Below are positions 51,271-60,180 of a stretch of DNA of 64,000 bases, piece after piece. Within the stretch, counting starts at the first letter, position 1; each line of letters starts with the position of its first letter. The notes under the pieces were generated by a model. It saw only the letters and a list, made by a program, of their open reading frames with translations, had not been told where the DNA came from and ran no database searches. The translations under genes and the position numbers were made by a program. Source of the DNA: Candidatus Bathyarchaeota archaeon (GTDB lineage Archaea; Thermoproteota; Bathyarchaeia; Bathyarchaeales; Bathycorpusculaceae); the NCBI GenBank assembly GCA_963717465.1, contig OY970340.1, positions 128,001-192,000 of the forward strand, read 5' to 3'.

Positions 51271-51396
51271 GCCTGATTGATATTTAAGGTTAAAATATCA
51301 GCCAGTTTCAAAATGTGACACAAAATAAGGCAAATCAACGATGTATTGTTTACAGTATTGCGCATTAAGCGCTAAGCCCTGATACAATGTGCAACA
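51271..51396 (-). promoter_or_regulatory. Conserved promoter module, copy C (mttB2)
   Basis: TATTTAAGGTTA at 51281, CAGTTT at +22, ACA cores at 51320, 51352 and 51384. Confidence 0.85.
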
Positions 51397-51503
51397 AATT
51401 TTTACTGAGCAAAAAACTCAGAATGTGCTAAATTATTGAGTAAGTTGAGTCTTAATGCGAACCAGAAGAAGAATATCGCCAACCTATTTGTTAATTCATA
51501 AAA

Positions 51504-52451
51504 TTACGCATAGGGGATTGTTATATAAACTGTGAAGTTGAACTCTCCCGTATACATTTGTTGTGGCGTTGTGAACGTATAGTCTATTGTGACATTGTTT
51601 CCCGCAGTAATTATGATTGGGAAAGTCTCGGACGAATTGGTGAGAGCGCTGACAAGTGTAAAGCCCGTGGTGTTGCAAACGGCACCTGTAATGTTAATTT
51701 CGCCAGAGCTACAATTATACGGGATATTAATTGTAAAGTTGCAATCTGCTGGTAATTCTTCAAAAAGAGGGCCTAGCGAAACAGTCGATGTATTTGTTTG
51801 TCCATTTAGAGTGTAATATGACACAATGGTCTCGTAGAAGCCGGTAAAAGTACTGGAATTGGGCGTGTCGCTAATGTAAACTGTGAAGTTGAAGTTTCCA
51901 GTGTATTGTTGTGCTGGCGAATTAAACCTGAATTCTATCGTCAAGTTATCCTGCGCTGCTGAGTTGCTGTTTGGAATAGTTGCAGGCAAAGAAGTGGATG
52001 AGCCTGAAAAATTAAATCCGTCTGTTCCGCTTGAGACCGCAGTTATTTGTTCTGTTCCGTTTTCAGCATTATAATAACAAATGTTTAATCCGAAATTTGC
52101 GCCTACTGCGTCCCATTTGCCTGCACAACTGGTTAAGGTAATTGTATTCGTGGTTGTTTGATTTGTTACAGTATTATTGGTTACTAAGTATTCGTAAACA
52201 GCAGTAAAATTGTTATAAGCAGTCGTTGAAACTCCTGTTGGAGATGCCGTTGGAGTTGCTGTTGGAGAGGTCGTTGGAGAGGAGGAGGAGGAATTGTTTG
52301 AATTTTTTGAAAACGATAAATAGTAAACGCTTAGGCAAGCGGCAATTAGAACAAGAATAAGCACAACAGCAAGGATTGCCTTCTTTTTTGAACTGTGTTT
52401 TGTAGTCTCAGGTGAATTAACGTTATTTACGCTTGAGTTGTCAGCTGTCAT
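51504..52451 (-). CDS. Membrane-anchored Thr/Ser/Asn-rich surface protein with two tandem beta-rich domains
   Basis: N-terminal TM and S/T/P linker; duplicated domain ending SPAQQYTGNFNFTVYI / TPQQMYTGEFNFTVYI; many N-x-S/T sequons. Confidence 0.8.
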   Translation of the reverse strand: MTADNSSVNNVNSPETTKHSSKKKAILAVVLILVLIAACLSVYYLSFSKNSNNSSSSSPTTSPTATPTASPTGVSTTAYNNFTAVYEYLVTNNTVTNQTTTNTITLTSCAGKWDAVGANFGLNICYYNAENGTEQITAVSSGTDGFNFSGSSTSLPATIPNSNSAAQDNLTIEFRFNSPAQQYTGNFNFTVYISDTPNSSTFTGFYETIVSYYTLNGQTNTSTVSLGPLFEELPADCNFTINIPYNCSSGEINITGAVCNTTGFTLVSALTNSSETFPIIITAGNNVTIDYTFTTPQQMYTGEFNFTVYITIPYA

Positions 52452-53366
52452 GTTTTTGGATTGTTCGTTTACTTACTTTTTAAGGTATTGCAGAACGAAG
52501 CAAGATCTTATTTATGGTATTAGATTAAAGTATTAAGTTGGCTCTGACAAATTGATAATTAACCAATCAAATAAAAAGCGAGCTGAAAATATCGGTTCGC
52601 AAAGAAGGGCGTAGAGAACTATTTTTGGCTTTCCATTTTCTCATGTAAATTACTTGAATATAATTTGATATTGTTATCATGATCCATCAGTAACATACGG
52701 AATCAAATAATCGTACATTATGAAATCTTTTGAATTACAATATTTCAAGTAATTTGTCTACCTTTCTCTCTAACGCTTCCCCGTCGTTCTATTTAACGCT
52801 TTATAGTAGTCTTAATACAGTCACAAATACTTAAATCGAAAATTTTAGAATAACGATTGCTTGCAGACGAAACAAGCGAGCAATCAACAGCTGGTTTGAT
52901 TGACGTTTAGCCTAAGCAAGAACCCCTATTCCCTCTATGACATCCATCTATATCTTTTCGGTTCACCTTAGGTTGAAACAAGGTCAACTTAAACCAACAA
53001 AACTTTTTCATTAAATATTTAAGCAGTTAGGTTGTTTCGTGTTAACGTGCGGTTTCATGTCGATTAGGAAAGGTCATATTTTGCCTTCAGGTTAAACTTT
53101 TTACATCGCAACTGAAAGAGACTCCAAAGTCTTCCGAAGTTGTTTGCGCGCTGGCTCTATAGAAGAGATTAATCAAATATTGTAACAACTATTCTCTCGT
53201 ATTATATGTAAACTCTATAAGCGAACTTTATTAGCACGGATAAGAAAAGCTGAACTTAAGAATAGAAAGTGCAAATGAATGGCGAGACGAAGCATTTGCA
53301 CCGATAAAGAATCAAAGGACAAAGAGCTAGGCAAACATTAAAAATTAAAGCAAAAGGTGAATTAAA

Positions 53367-53450
53367 ATGGAAGTACTTGGATTGTTAATTGTCATTCTTA
53401 TGAGCGGCATTTCGGCAGCTATAACATTTTTGTGTCTAAGAAATGTCTAG
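53367..53450 (+). CDS. Putative 27-aa single-TM peptide
   Basis: MEVLGLLIVILMSGISAAITFLCLRNV with an AAGGTGA SD 6 nt upstream. Confidence 0.35.
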   Translation: MEVLGLLIVILMSGISAAITFLCLRNV

Positions 53451-53729
53451 CCTTTCGAACCACATAAAGCTATTTTTGGTTCTCCGGGATTAATAATAAA
53501 CAACACTTTTTGTCCAGTAACTCGATAACTTTATGTTGGGTTACTAAACTTAACAAATCCTATTTCCTAGAAAAGTTTTTCAAAGCGAACCTTAACTTTG
53601 GATTCTTATTAAGTTAACTTTATCAAAGACTAGTATGCGCTCAATGATATACGGTGTAAGCTTAACCATTGACCGTTATAGAAAAGCAACGTGTAGACCA
53701 AGCTTCGCAATATTATTAAGAAAAATAAT

Positions 53730-53981
53730 TTAGACTTTCATTCCAGCTTTGTTTGGTCTTCCAGGTCTTTCTTTCTTGAACACTATCTTGGCTATTCTTA
53801 ATTGTCCCGCCAAAACGCTTAATCGCTCGCCTTTACGGATGAATTTTCCCCGTTTAGCTAGTCGTGCGTCAGTTAAAGCTTCTATAAAGTATCTCTGACT
53901 ATATCCTGTGCTTGGAGCTTTGCCCAAGATTCTTACGGGATAATGACCATTTAGGTATCGTATGTCTTCAATCATCACCAA
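53730..53981 (-). CDS. Basic hypothetical protein (possible mobile-element remnant)
   Basis: 83-aa ORF in an AT-rich, low-coding region near the att remnant. Confidence 0.45.
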   Translation of the reverse strand: MVMIEDIRYLNGHYPVRILGKAPSTGYSQRYFIEALTDARLAKRGKFIRKGERLSVLAGQLRIAKIVFKKERPGRPNKAGMKV

Positions 53982-54456
53982 TGCTTTACACCTCTGGCCT
54001 TGGGATCAAGATTGGTTTTTGCTGTTGAAAGCCACATTGATTTTTACTTATGCATGTTTGGTAATAGTAGTCTTTTCCTCGGCTACTATGCTTGTTCTTA
54101 GTAGTAAACTTGTTTGGGCACCTATCAGTTTTACAACAGAAAATCCATCGATTAAAATGCAATCGTCTATACCTTAATGAATTGCTTACAGACACCTTTC
54201 TTCGTCACCTACACTTTATGGATTTCTCAATCCAGATCTTCTTGCTACGAAGGCTACTCGTTCTTACCATTTAGCAAATTATCTAATCCACTATAAGCCT
54301 TTTAGTTCATAGTTCAAGTAATCTATATTTACTATATTTTAGTAGAGCCAAATTTCAAAAATTTGCAAAAACACACTAAAAGAGGATAGTAGCCAATTAT
54401 CCTAAGTACACTAAATCAACAAACGTCAATATTGTGAGATTTTAAGAAAGATGGAG

Positions 54457-54505
54457 TGGCAAGGTATGTGGGATTTGAACTCATGAGATCTTTCGATTAC
54501 AGACT
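54457..54505 (-). repeat. Degenerate copy of the tRNA-Ser 3' half (att-like site)
   Basis: Ungapped 39/49 match to 56475-56523, ending at the anticodon loop. Confidence 0.8.
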
Positions 54506-54579
54506 CGCATGAAGAAAATAATTGACTTTTTCTTCTTGAAACAATGGTTAAGTCGCACAATTGCTCATTACGCGGAGAC

Positions 54580-55419
54580 TTACTTTTGGCATTTTGGGCA
54601 GTAGTACACTTGTCCGCCGCCTAAACTCAGCCTCTCCACATTTGTGCCGCATGCGGTGCAGGTTTGTCCCTTCCTGTTGGATCCCATGGCAGACAGGTAG
54701 CCGCCTCGTTTGCCGTATAAGTCGATAAACTGGTTCTTTCCGCCCGCTTTGATTCTTTCCTTGACTACAAATTGAATGGCGTCAAATAGTGACCGCTGTT
54801 CAGCCTCATTCAGTTCTGAGGCTTTCCGTTTGGGATGAATCCGTGATAGGTAAATTACATCTTGAAAAGCGCTGTTGCCTAAGCCAACGATGACGGCATC
54901 TTTGCCCACAAGGACTTGTTTGAGATTAACATTCGTCACTGCAAGTTCCCTTGAAAAACGTTTAAAATTAAAACTCTCCTCCAAAGGCGAAGCCACCGAA
55001 GAAAAGTCGCGTTTGTAAACGTAGCTGTCTTCAAGTTCTGAATCCGTGAGGGCTTTGATAACCCCCATGCCAGTCAAAGTAACCGTCAACATTGTTCCAT
55101 CAGTGAAGCCTAGTTTAAGATGATACTTGGAGTTGATAATTTCGCGTTTTGGATGAAAACGAATTATTCCACCATATTCTGGCGCGAGAAGCAAATTCAA
55201 TCCCCCATCAAGCTTGAGCCGGATTATGTTTCCTCTGGAGACTACGGATTCAATTTTGCAGCCGCGTAACCGATCAAAATCTGATAGGGGCTTGCTGATG
55301 AACCCCATTTTTTGGAATTTAGCACAATTTTGCAAATCAAAGGCTGCGACTTGCTTTCCAGTTATTTCCCTGTTCATCTGTATGGCGAGGAGGTAGGCTT
55401 CTGGCAACTCCACGCTCAT
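54580..55419 (-). CDS. Fpg/Nei DNA glycosylase-family protein
   Basis: SVELPEA, H2TH GLGNSAFQDVIYLSRIHP and C-terminal CTAC...CPKCQ zinc finger. Confidence 0.85.
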   Translation of the reverse strand: MSVELPEAYLLAIQMNREITGKQVAAFDLQNCAKFQKMGFISKPLSDFDRLRGCKIESVVSRGNIIRLKLDGGLNLLLAPEYGGIIRFHPKREIINSKYHLKLGFTDGTMLTVTLTGMGVIKALTDSELEDSYVYKRDFSSVASPLEESFNFKRFSRELAVTNVNLKQVLVGKDAVIVGLGNSAFQDVIYLSRIHPKRKASELNEAEQRSLFDAIQFVVKERIKAGGKNQFIDLYGKRGGYLSAMGSNRKGQTCTACGTNVERLSLGGGQVYYCPKCQK

Positions 55420-55591
55420 ATTGTTTCGCACCTTGGAGTTGACATTTGTTTCTCCTTTTAGCATTATGAGCTTTTATAAATATAGGCTTGCCCTGACTTG
55501 GCTTGGGGTTTTATCTTTGTTCTGAGATAAAGCTTATGACTGCATTGCAAATCTGCAATCTTGCCATTACAATATATGTAAATATGCGAGA

Positions 55592-56470
55592 TTGCCATTA
55601 TATTGTAATGGTAACGTATGCGCTGTAGTTAAAAGAGTGAAAGGCACGCAAGCCTACTTCTATTTACAGCATTCGTATCGTAGAGACGGAAAAGTTATCA
55701 CTAGAGAGCGCTATTTAGGCAAGAGAATACCTGAAAATATTGAAGAAGCAAAAGCCCAGCTCCTGCATGAGGCACAAGACTCCATAATAGAGAAGTTAGA
55801 GAAAATAAGAAGCGAGTTCCAAAAGGAATGGCAAACATACCCCAAATCTGTAAAAGAAAGGGAGCTTTGGGAAATTACTATCGCTTTCACGTATAACACT
55901 AATGCAATCGAAGGGTCAACCATAACTCTTGAAGAAACAAGGGTAATACTGGAAGACCAAGTTGCCCCAAACAAACCTCTTAAAGACATCAGGGAAACGG
56001 CAGCTCATGCTAAAGTATTCCTTCAAATGCTAAAAGAACAAACTCAGATACCTCAAGCCGTGCTGCTAAAATGGCATGAAGAAATCTTTAGGGAAACGAA
56101 ACCGGATATAGCAGGAATATACAGACAGTGGCCTGTAAAAGTGGGACCCTACCTAGCGCCTGATTGGCAAACAATAGAAAAATCGATGGAACAACTAATA
56201 AAATTCATAGACAAGTCGACATTAAACCCAGTTGAACTTGCCACTCGGGCACACTACATATTTGAGAAGATACATCCCTTCGGCGATGGCAACGGCAGAA
56301 TAGGCAGGCTTCTAATGAACCACATCCTATGGAAAAAAGGCTACCCTATGCTCATAATTGAGAATTTAAAAAGAAAAAACTACTACAAAGCCCTTCAGCA
56401 ATCCGAGGAAGGTTTTAGAAACTATCTAGTTCGAAAGTACATAGCAACACACCAAAGATTTCTGAAATGA
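55592..56470 (+). CDS. Fic-domain protein
   Basis: TYNTNAIEGS and HPFGDGNGRIGR motifs; N-terminal YFYLQHSYR..GKV..RYLG domain. Confidence 0.92.
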   Translation: MPLYCNGNVCAVVKRVKGTQAYFYLQHSYRRDGKVITRERYLGKRIPENIEEAKAQLLHEAQDSIIEKLEKIRSEFQKEWQTYPKSVKERELWEITIAFTYNTNAIEGSTITLEETRVILEDQVAPNKPLKDIRETAAHAKVFLQMLKEQTQIPQAVLLKWHEEIFRETKPDIAGIYRQWPVKVGPYLAPDWQTIEKSMEQLIKFIDKSTLNPVELATRAHYIFEKIHPFGDGNGRIGRLLMNHILWKKGYPMLIIENLKRKNYYKALQQSEEGFRNYLVRKYIATHQRFLK

Positions 56471-56474
56471 GGAT

Positions 56475-56561
56475 TGGCGCGGGATGTGGGATTTGAACCC
56501 ACGCGGCCTTTCGACCACAGACTTAGCAGGCCTGCCCCCTACCAGGCTAGGGCAATCCCGC
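56475..56561 (-). tRNA. tRNA-Ser(GCT)
   Basis: Acceptor GCGGGAT/ATCCCGC, anticodon arm CAGGC-CTGCTAA-GTCTG, long variable arm, TTCAAAT T-loop, discriminator G, encoded CCA, no intron. Confidence 0.95.
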
Positions 56562-56944
56562 ATGAAGATACGTTGTTGTTCTAAGCCTGCTCTTAACTCA
56601 TTTAGGTGTGCAGTCTGAACACTTAGGTGATCAGTCTCAGCCATTTCAGTATATGATAATTTAATTAAAGTTTTCTGAACTTTAAACTGATAATCAAAAA
56701 AGTCTCAGTAAGAGATTTTTTAACTTACAATTAATTTTCAGAGATACCACTTTTTAATCGACCAATTATATCTTTAGATGGCGTCACAAAAGATTTGCTT
56801 TGAAACTCTGCTTAGAATAGAATTGATACAGAATATGTAAAAATAGACTTTAATATGATGGTTTTAGAAAAAAAATAGCAATTTTTATTAATAAGTCGAT
56901 TTTAATTAAGAATTTGATAAGCTAGTAAGCAAAGGATTGGCGAA

Positions 56945-58108
56945 ATGATGAAACAAGTCATGCAAGATATTGAACCAGAGTTACTTGACCGAGCTATTAA
57001 AATGTCTTTAGATGGAATTGTAATTGGCGAATTAACGGGTAAAATAACCTATGTTAATGATTCAATATTAAAAATGTTTGCCGTTCCAAATCAAAGCTAT
57101 GTGATAGGGAAGCATGTCTTAGATTTTATAGCTGATAAAGATAAGCGTAAAGCCTTTGATAATTCAATGGAATGTCTAATAGCAAATCAGGGCAGGAAAG
57201 AGCAATACACAGTTGTGGCGTTTGATGGCAGGGAAGTTCAAGCTGAAATAACAATTGCTTTAATAAAAGATGAGAAAGGAACGAACATAGGATTTGTTGA
57301 TGTGGTTAGAGATTTAACAAGTCAGGTATTAGTTCAAGATTCGCTTAGACTACGCTCGGAAGAATTGGAAGCTTTAGTTGATAAAAGAACTAAAGAGCTA
57401 CAGGAAGCCCAAAGTCGATTAATAAAAGCAGAGAGGTTCTCTGCAATTGGTGAATTAGCGGGCATGGTTGGGCATGACTTGCGCAATCCCCTTACAAGCA
57501 TCAAAAACGCAACTTTCTACTTGAAAAGAAAACTGGGTCAAACTGCTAATGCGAAAGAACTGGAAATGCTTGATATCATTGAAAAGTCAGCTAATTATTC
57601 AAATAAAATTATTACTGACTTGCTTGATTACTCAAGAGAAATTACTTTGGAAATTGAAGAGACAACACCAAAAGCTCTTGTTGATTATGTGCTTCTGCTC
57701 TTTCCATTTCCTAAACATATTATTGTTAAGGACAGGACAAGCAATGAGCCTCAAATTTGGGTTGACGTAAATAAACTTGAAAGGGTTTTCACTAACATAA
57801 TGAAGAATGCAATTGATGCTATGCCTGAAAAAGGAGTATTTGAGATCAGCAGTCAACAAGTAGGTGACAATGTTGAATTCATTTTTACTGATACAGGTAT
57901 CGGCATGTCCGAGCAGACTTTAGCCAAGATTTTTTTGCCACTTTTTACAACTAAAGCGCAAGGAATGGGGTTTGGCTTAGCAATTTGTAAGCGCATTGTT
58001 GAAGCTCATGGAGGAGAAATACAAGCTAAGAGTGAAACAGGCAAAGGCACCACATTCACAATAACTATGCCGATAGAAAAAAGCTCTCCAAAAGTCCAAA
58101 CCAAATAA
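56945..58108 (+). CDS. PAS sensor histidine kinase
   Basis: PAS domain, H-box GHDLRNPL, DTGIGM, FTTKAQGMGFGL. Confidence 0.92.
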   Translation: MMKQVMQDIEPELLDRAIKMSLDGIVIGELTGKITYVNDSILKMFAVPNQSYVIGKHVLDFIADKDKRKAFDNSMECLIANQGRKEQYTVVAFDGREVQAEITIALIKDEKGTNIGFVDVVRDLTSQVLVQDSLRLRSEELEALVDKRTKELQEAQSRLIKAERFSAIGELAGMVGHDLRNPLTSIKNATFYLKRKLGQTANAKELEMLDIIEKSANYSNKIITDLLDYSREITLEIEETTPKALVDYVLLLFPFPKHIIVKDRTSNEPQIWVDVNKLERVFTNIMKNAIDAMPEKGVFEISSQQVGDNVEFIFTDTGIGMSEQTLAKIFLPLFTTKAQGMGFGLAICKRIVEAHGGEIQAKSETGKGTTFTITMPIEKSSPKVQTK

Positions 58109-58435
58109 GTTCCCTTTTGCATTAAGCTTGCCTGGATTATTTTGGCTCTTCAGTTTTTAAGTGCTTTTTGAATTTCGCTCAATTCATTCAATAAAGCGAT
58201 TATGTCTTTTTAACTTCTTCTAGATCTGCGCTAATGCGTATAATTTAAGAGTTAATGCCACCAAGTTCTTCGCGCAATCTATCATTGCTGAACTAATGAC
58301 AACTTTTTCAAGCAGGACAATTTTTTAAAGACCCAGCAATATTAGCGCCAAGGATTGAAGAACGCCACGATTTTTTGTGTGTCTGGATTTTCAACTCACT
58401 TATGCTTTAATGCTGCATGAGCCTTTGCGTACCTG

Positions 58436-58603
58436 GTGATAGATATAGCGAATCCAGAAAAATGTCCTGTTTGCAACGGTAGTGGAGTTTTAGAAGAAAA
58501 AGGAACAGTTTTCATTGCCTCTAGTTTTTATGGTGATAAATTAGTTAGAACCGAGAAAGGAGAAATTCGTTGTCATGAGTGTGAAGGAAAAGGAATTATC
58601 TGA
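58436..58603 (+). CDS. DnaJ-type zinc-finger mini-protein, ~55 aa (not in ORF track)
   Basis: CPVCNGSG...CHECEGKG: two CxxCxGxG motifs. Confidence 0.75.
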   Translation: MIDIANPEKCPVCNGSGVLEEKGTVFIASSFYGDKLVRTEKGEIRCHECEGKGII

Positions 58604-58802
58604 GTTTCACAACTTATTTGCAAAAGAATACATTCAGGTTAATCCTTTCTTTTTCAATTAAATACGTTTCAAGAAATTTTTAGTGATTATTTACTTTCTG
58701 CAGTTGTCCTTTTCATTATTTGATTTTTCTAAAAAGCAAATAATTTTTATGTACTTAGCAAGCATGTATTCTTATAAAGTAGGAGAAGAGTAGGAGAAGA
58801 TC

Positions 58803-60176
58803 TTGATGGACCCAAGTACGATGGAACTTTTTGATAGATTCTTATTTGCTTTCACCATTGGATCTCATATTGCACTTGTTTCCGCGAGTATAGCATTAAT
58901 TGTTATAATTTCGATAGCAGAATTTTTATCAATACGCAGAAGCGACAAGTACTATGGCACTTTATCTAAGCGGCTTTCCAAAGCGTTCGTCATAGTTTTT
59001 GGGATTGGAACAGCAAGCGGCATAGTCATGGCAGTGGAGCTTGTAACCCTTTTCCCCACGTTCATGACACTTGTTTCCACGACTGGAGCAATCGCAATCA
59101 TTTACATTGAAATTTTCGCGTTCTTCATTGAGACAATACCGCTGGTGATGTACGTTTATTATGCTAATTATTTCAGCAAGTACGCCCACTGGGCACTGTC
59201 AATAATTATCGCGGCAGGCGCATTTCTTTCAGCTGTACTTATTACAATGCTTAACGCGTGGATGAACACGCCTAACGGCTTTGACCAATCTGCCTATGCA
59301 AACAGCGGAACAGTCACGGGAATTGACGTTTGGGAGCCATTCTTCACAACTTCAACTTTAAGCGAGGTAGCCCATGTTCTCCCAACGGTGTTATTCGCAG
59401 GAGTAATGCTCGTAGGAGGCTACTTTGCATGGCGTAGCATTAAATCAAAAAATAAAGAAGAAAAAATCATGCTTACAAAAGGCCTGAAAATTACGGCGGT
59501 GCTCGGAATAGTCACAATTGTCCTGTCAGTACTAACTGGAATAGTTCAGATAGGGACATTGCTTCAGCTTCAACCGTTAAAGTTTGCAGCGCTTGAACTT
59601 AACCCCATGCCAGGCACTAACCTGCCTGAAAAATTGTTTGGCAGTCTAGTCAACGGTCAGTATGTCGGCGGCATCGAACTTCCTGGGTTGCAATCATTCC
59701 TTGCGCGGACCGAAACTGGAATCACACAACTTCCAGGGCTATCACAGTATCCATCAACAGACTGGCCTCCGCTCTTTGTACATGCCACTTTCGATATAAT
59801 GGTAATCGGAGGCATGTTACTTGGATTATTCTTCTTAGTCTATCTTATTGATTGGGCAATCTTGAAGAGAAAACCCCACGAATCCAAACTCTTCGTGTAC
59901 AGCTGGGTCCCTCTGGGTTTCTTCGCGTTAATAATTATGGAGTTGGGTTGGGTAACAGACGAGGTTGGGAGACAGCCTTGGATAGTCTACAACGTAATGC
60001 GGGTCGACGCGGCAGCCAACTACGGCTCAGGCTTCCTAATTCCAGGCATCCTAATCATCGTTTTCTACATCGTCTTATTGCCATTAACGTATTACTTCTT
60101 CTCAAGAATCTTCAATTCCAACCCGATGCCTGAAGCAGAAAACCCCAAACAAAAAGATACTGCAAAAAAGGTGTGA
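58803..60176 (+). CDS. cydA: Cytochrome bd oxidase subunit I
   Basis: N-terminal His (GSH), GTASG..M..E, NAWMNTP, QPLKFAALE, GWVTDEVGRQPW. Confidence 0.93.
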   Translation: MMDPSTMELFDRFLFAFTIGSHIALVSASIALIVIISIAEFLSIRRSDKYYGTLSKRLSKAFVIVFGIGTASGIVMAVELVTLFPTFMTLVSTTGAIAIIYIEIFAFFIETIPLVMYVYYANYFSKYAHWALSIIIAAGAFLSAVLITMLNAWMNTPNGFDQSAYANSGTVTGIDVWEPFFTTSTLSEVAHVLPTVLFAGVMLVGGYFAWRSIKSKNKEEKIMLTKGLKITAVLGIVTIVLSVLTGIVQIGTLLQLQPLKFAALELNPMPGTNLPEKLFGSLVNGQYVGGIELPGLQSFLARTETGITQLPGLSQYPSTDWPPLFVHATFDIMVIGGMLLGLFFLVYLIDWAILKRKPHESKLFVYSWVPLGFFALIIMELGWVTDEVGRQPWIVYNVMRVDAAANYGSGFLIPGILIIVFYIVLLPLTYYFFSRIFNSNPMPEAENPKQKDTAKKV

Positions 60177-60180
60177 ACAA

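Larger units (their letters stand above)
54457..56523. mobile_element. Decayed ~2-kb tRNA-integrated islet (Fpg-like + Fic), no integrase
   Basis: Bounded by the tRNA-Ser 3' half and its degenerate direct repeat. Confidence 0.6.

Noticed and set aside
52174..52190. 17-mer TTATTGGTTACTAAGTA shared with 33298-33314
   Set aside because: It lies inside a CDS, is AT-rich and has no extended homology; compatible with chance.
53450..53465. GCCTTTCGAACCACA as a further tRNA-Ser att remnant
   Set aside because: Too short, needs a gap, and flanking similarity is absent.
54205..54207. Second in-frame TGA (KCR*RRK) as a possible Sec codon
   Set aside because: The AGGTGA is better explained as the SD of the downstream GTG at 54195; there is no hairpin and no recognisable selenoprotein family.
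56475..56561. tRNA-Sec
   Set aside because: Anticodon is GCT with a normal 7/5 acceptor/T-stem fold, so it is a standard tRNA-Ser.
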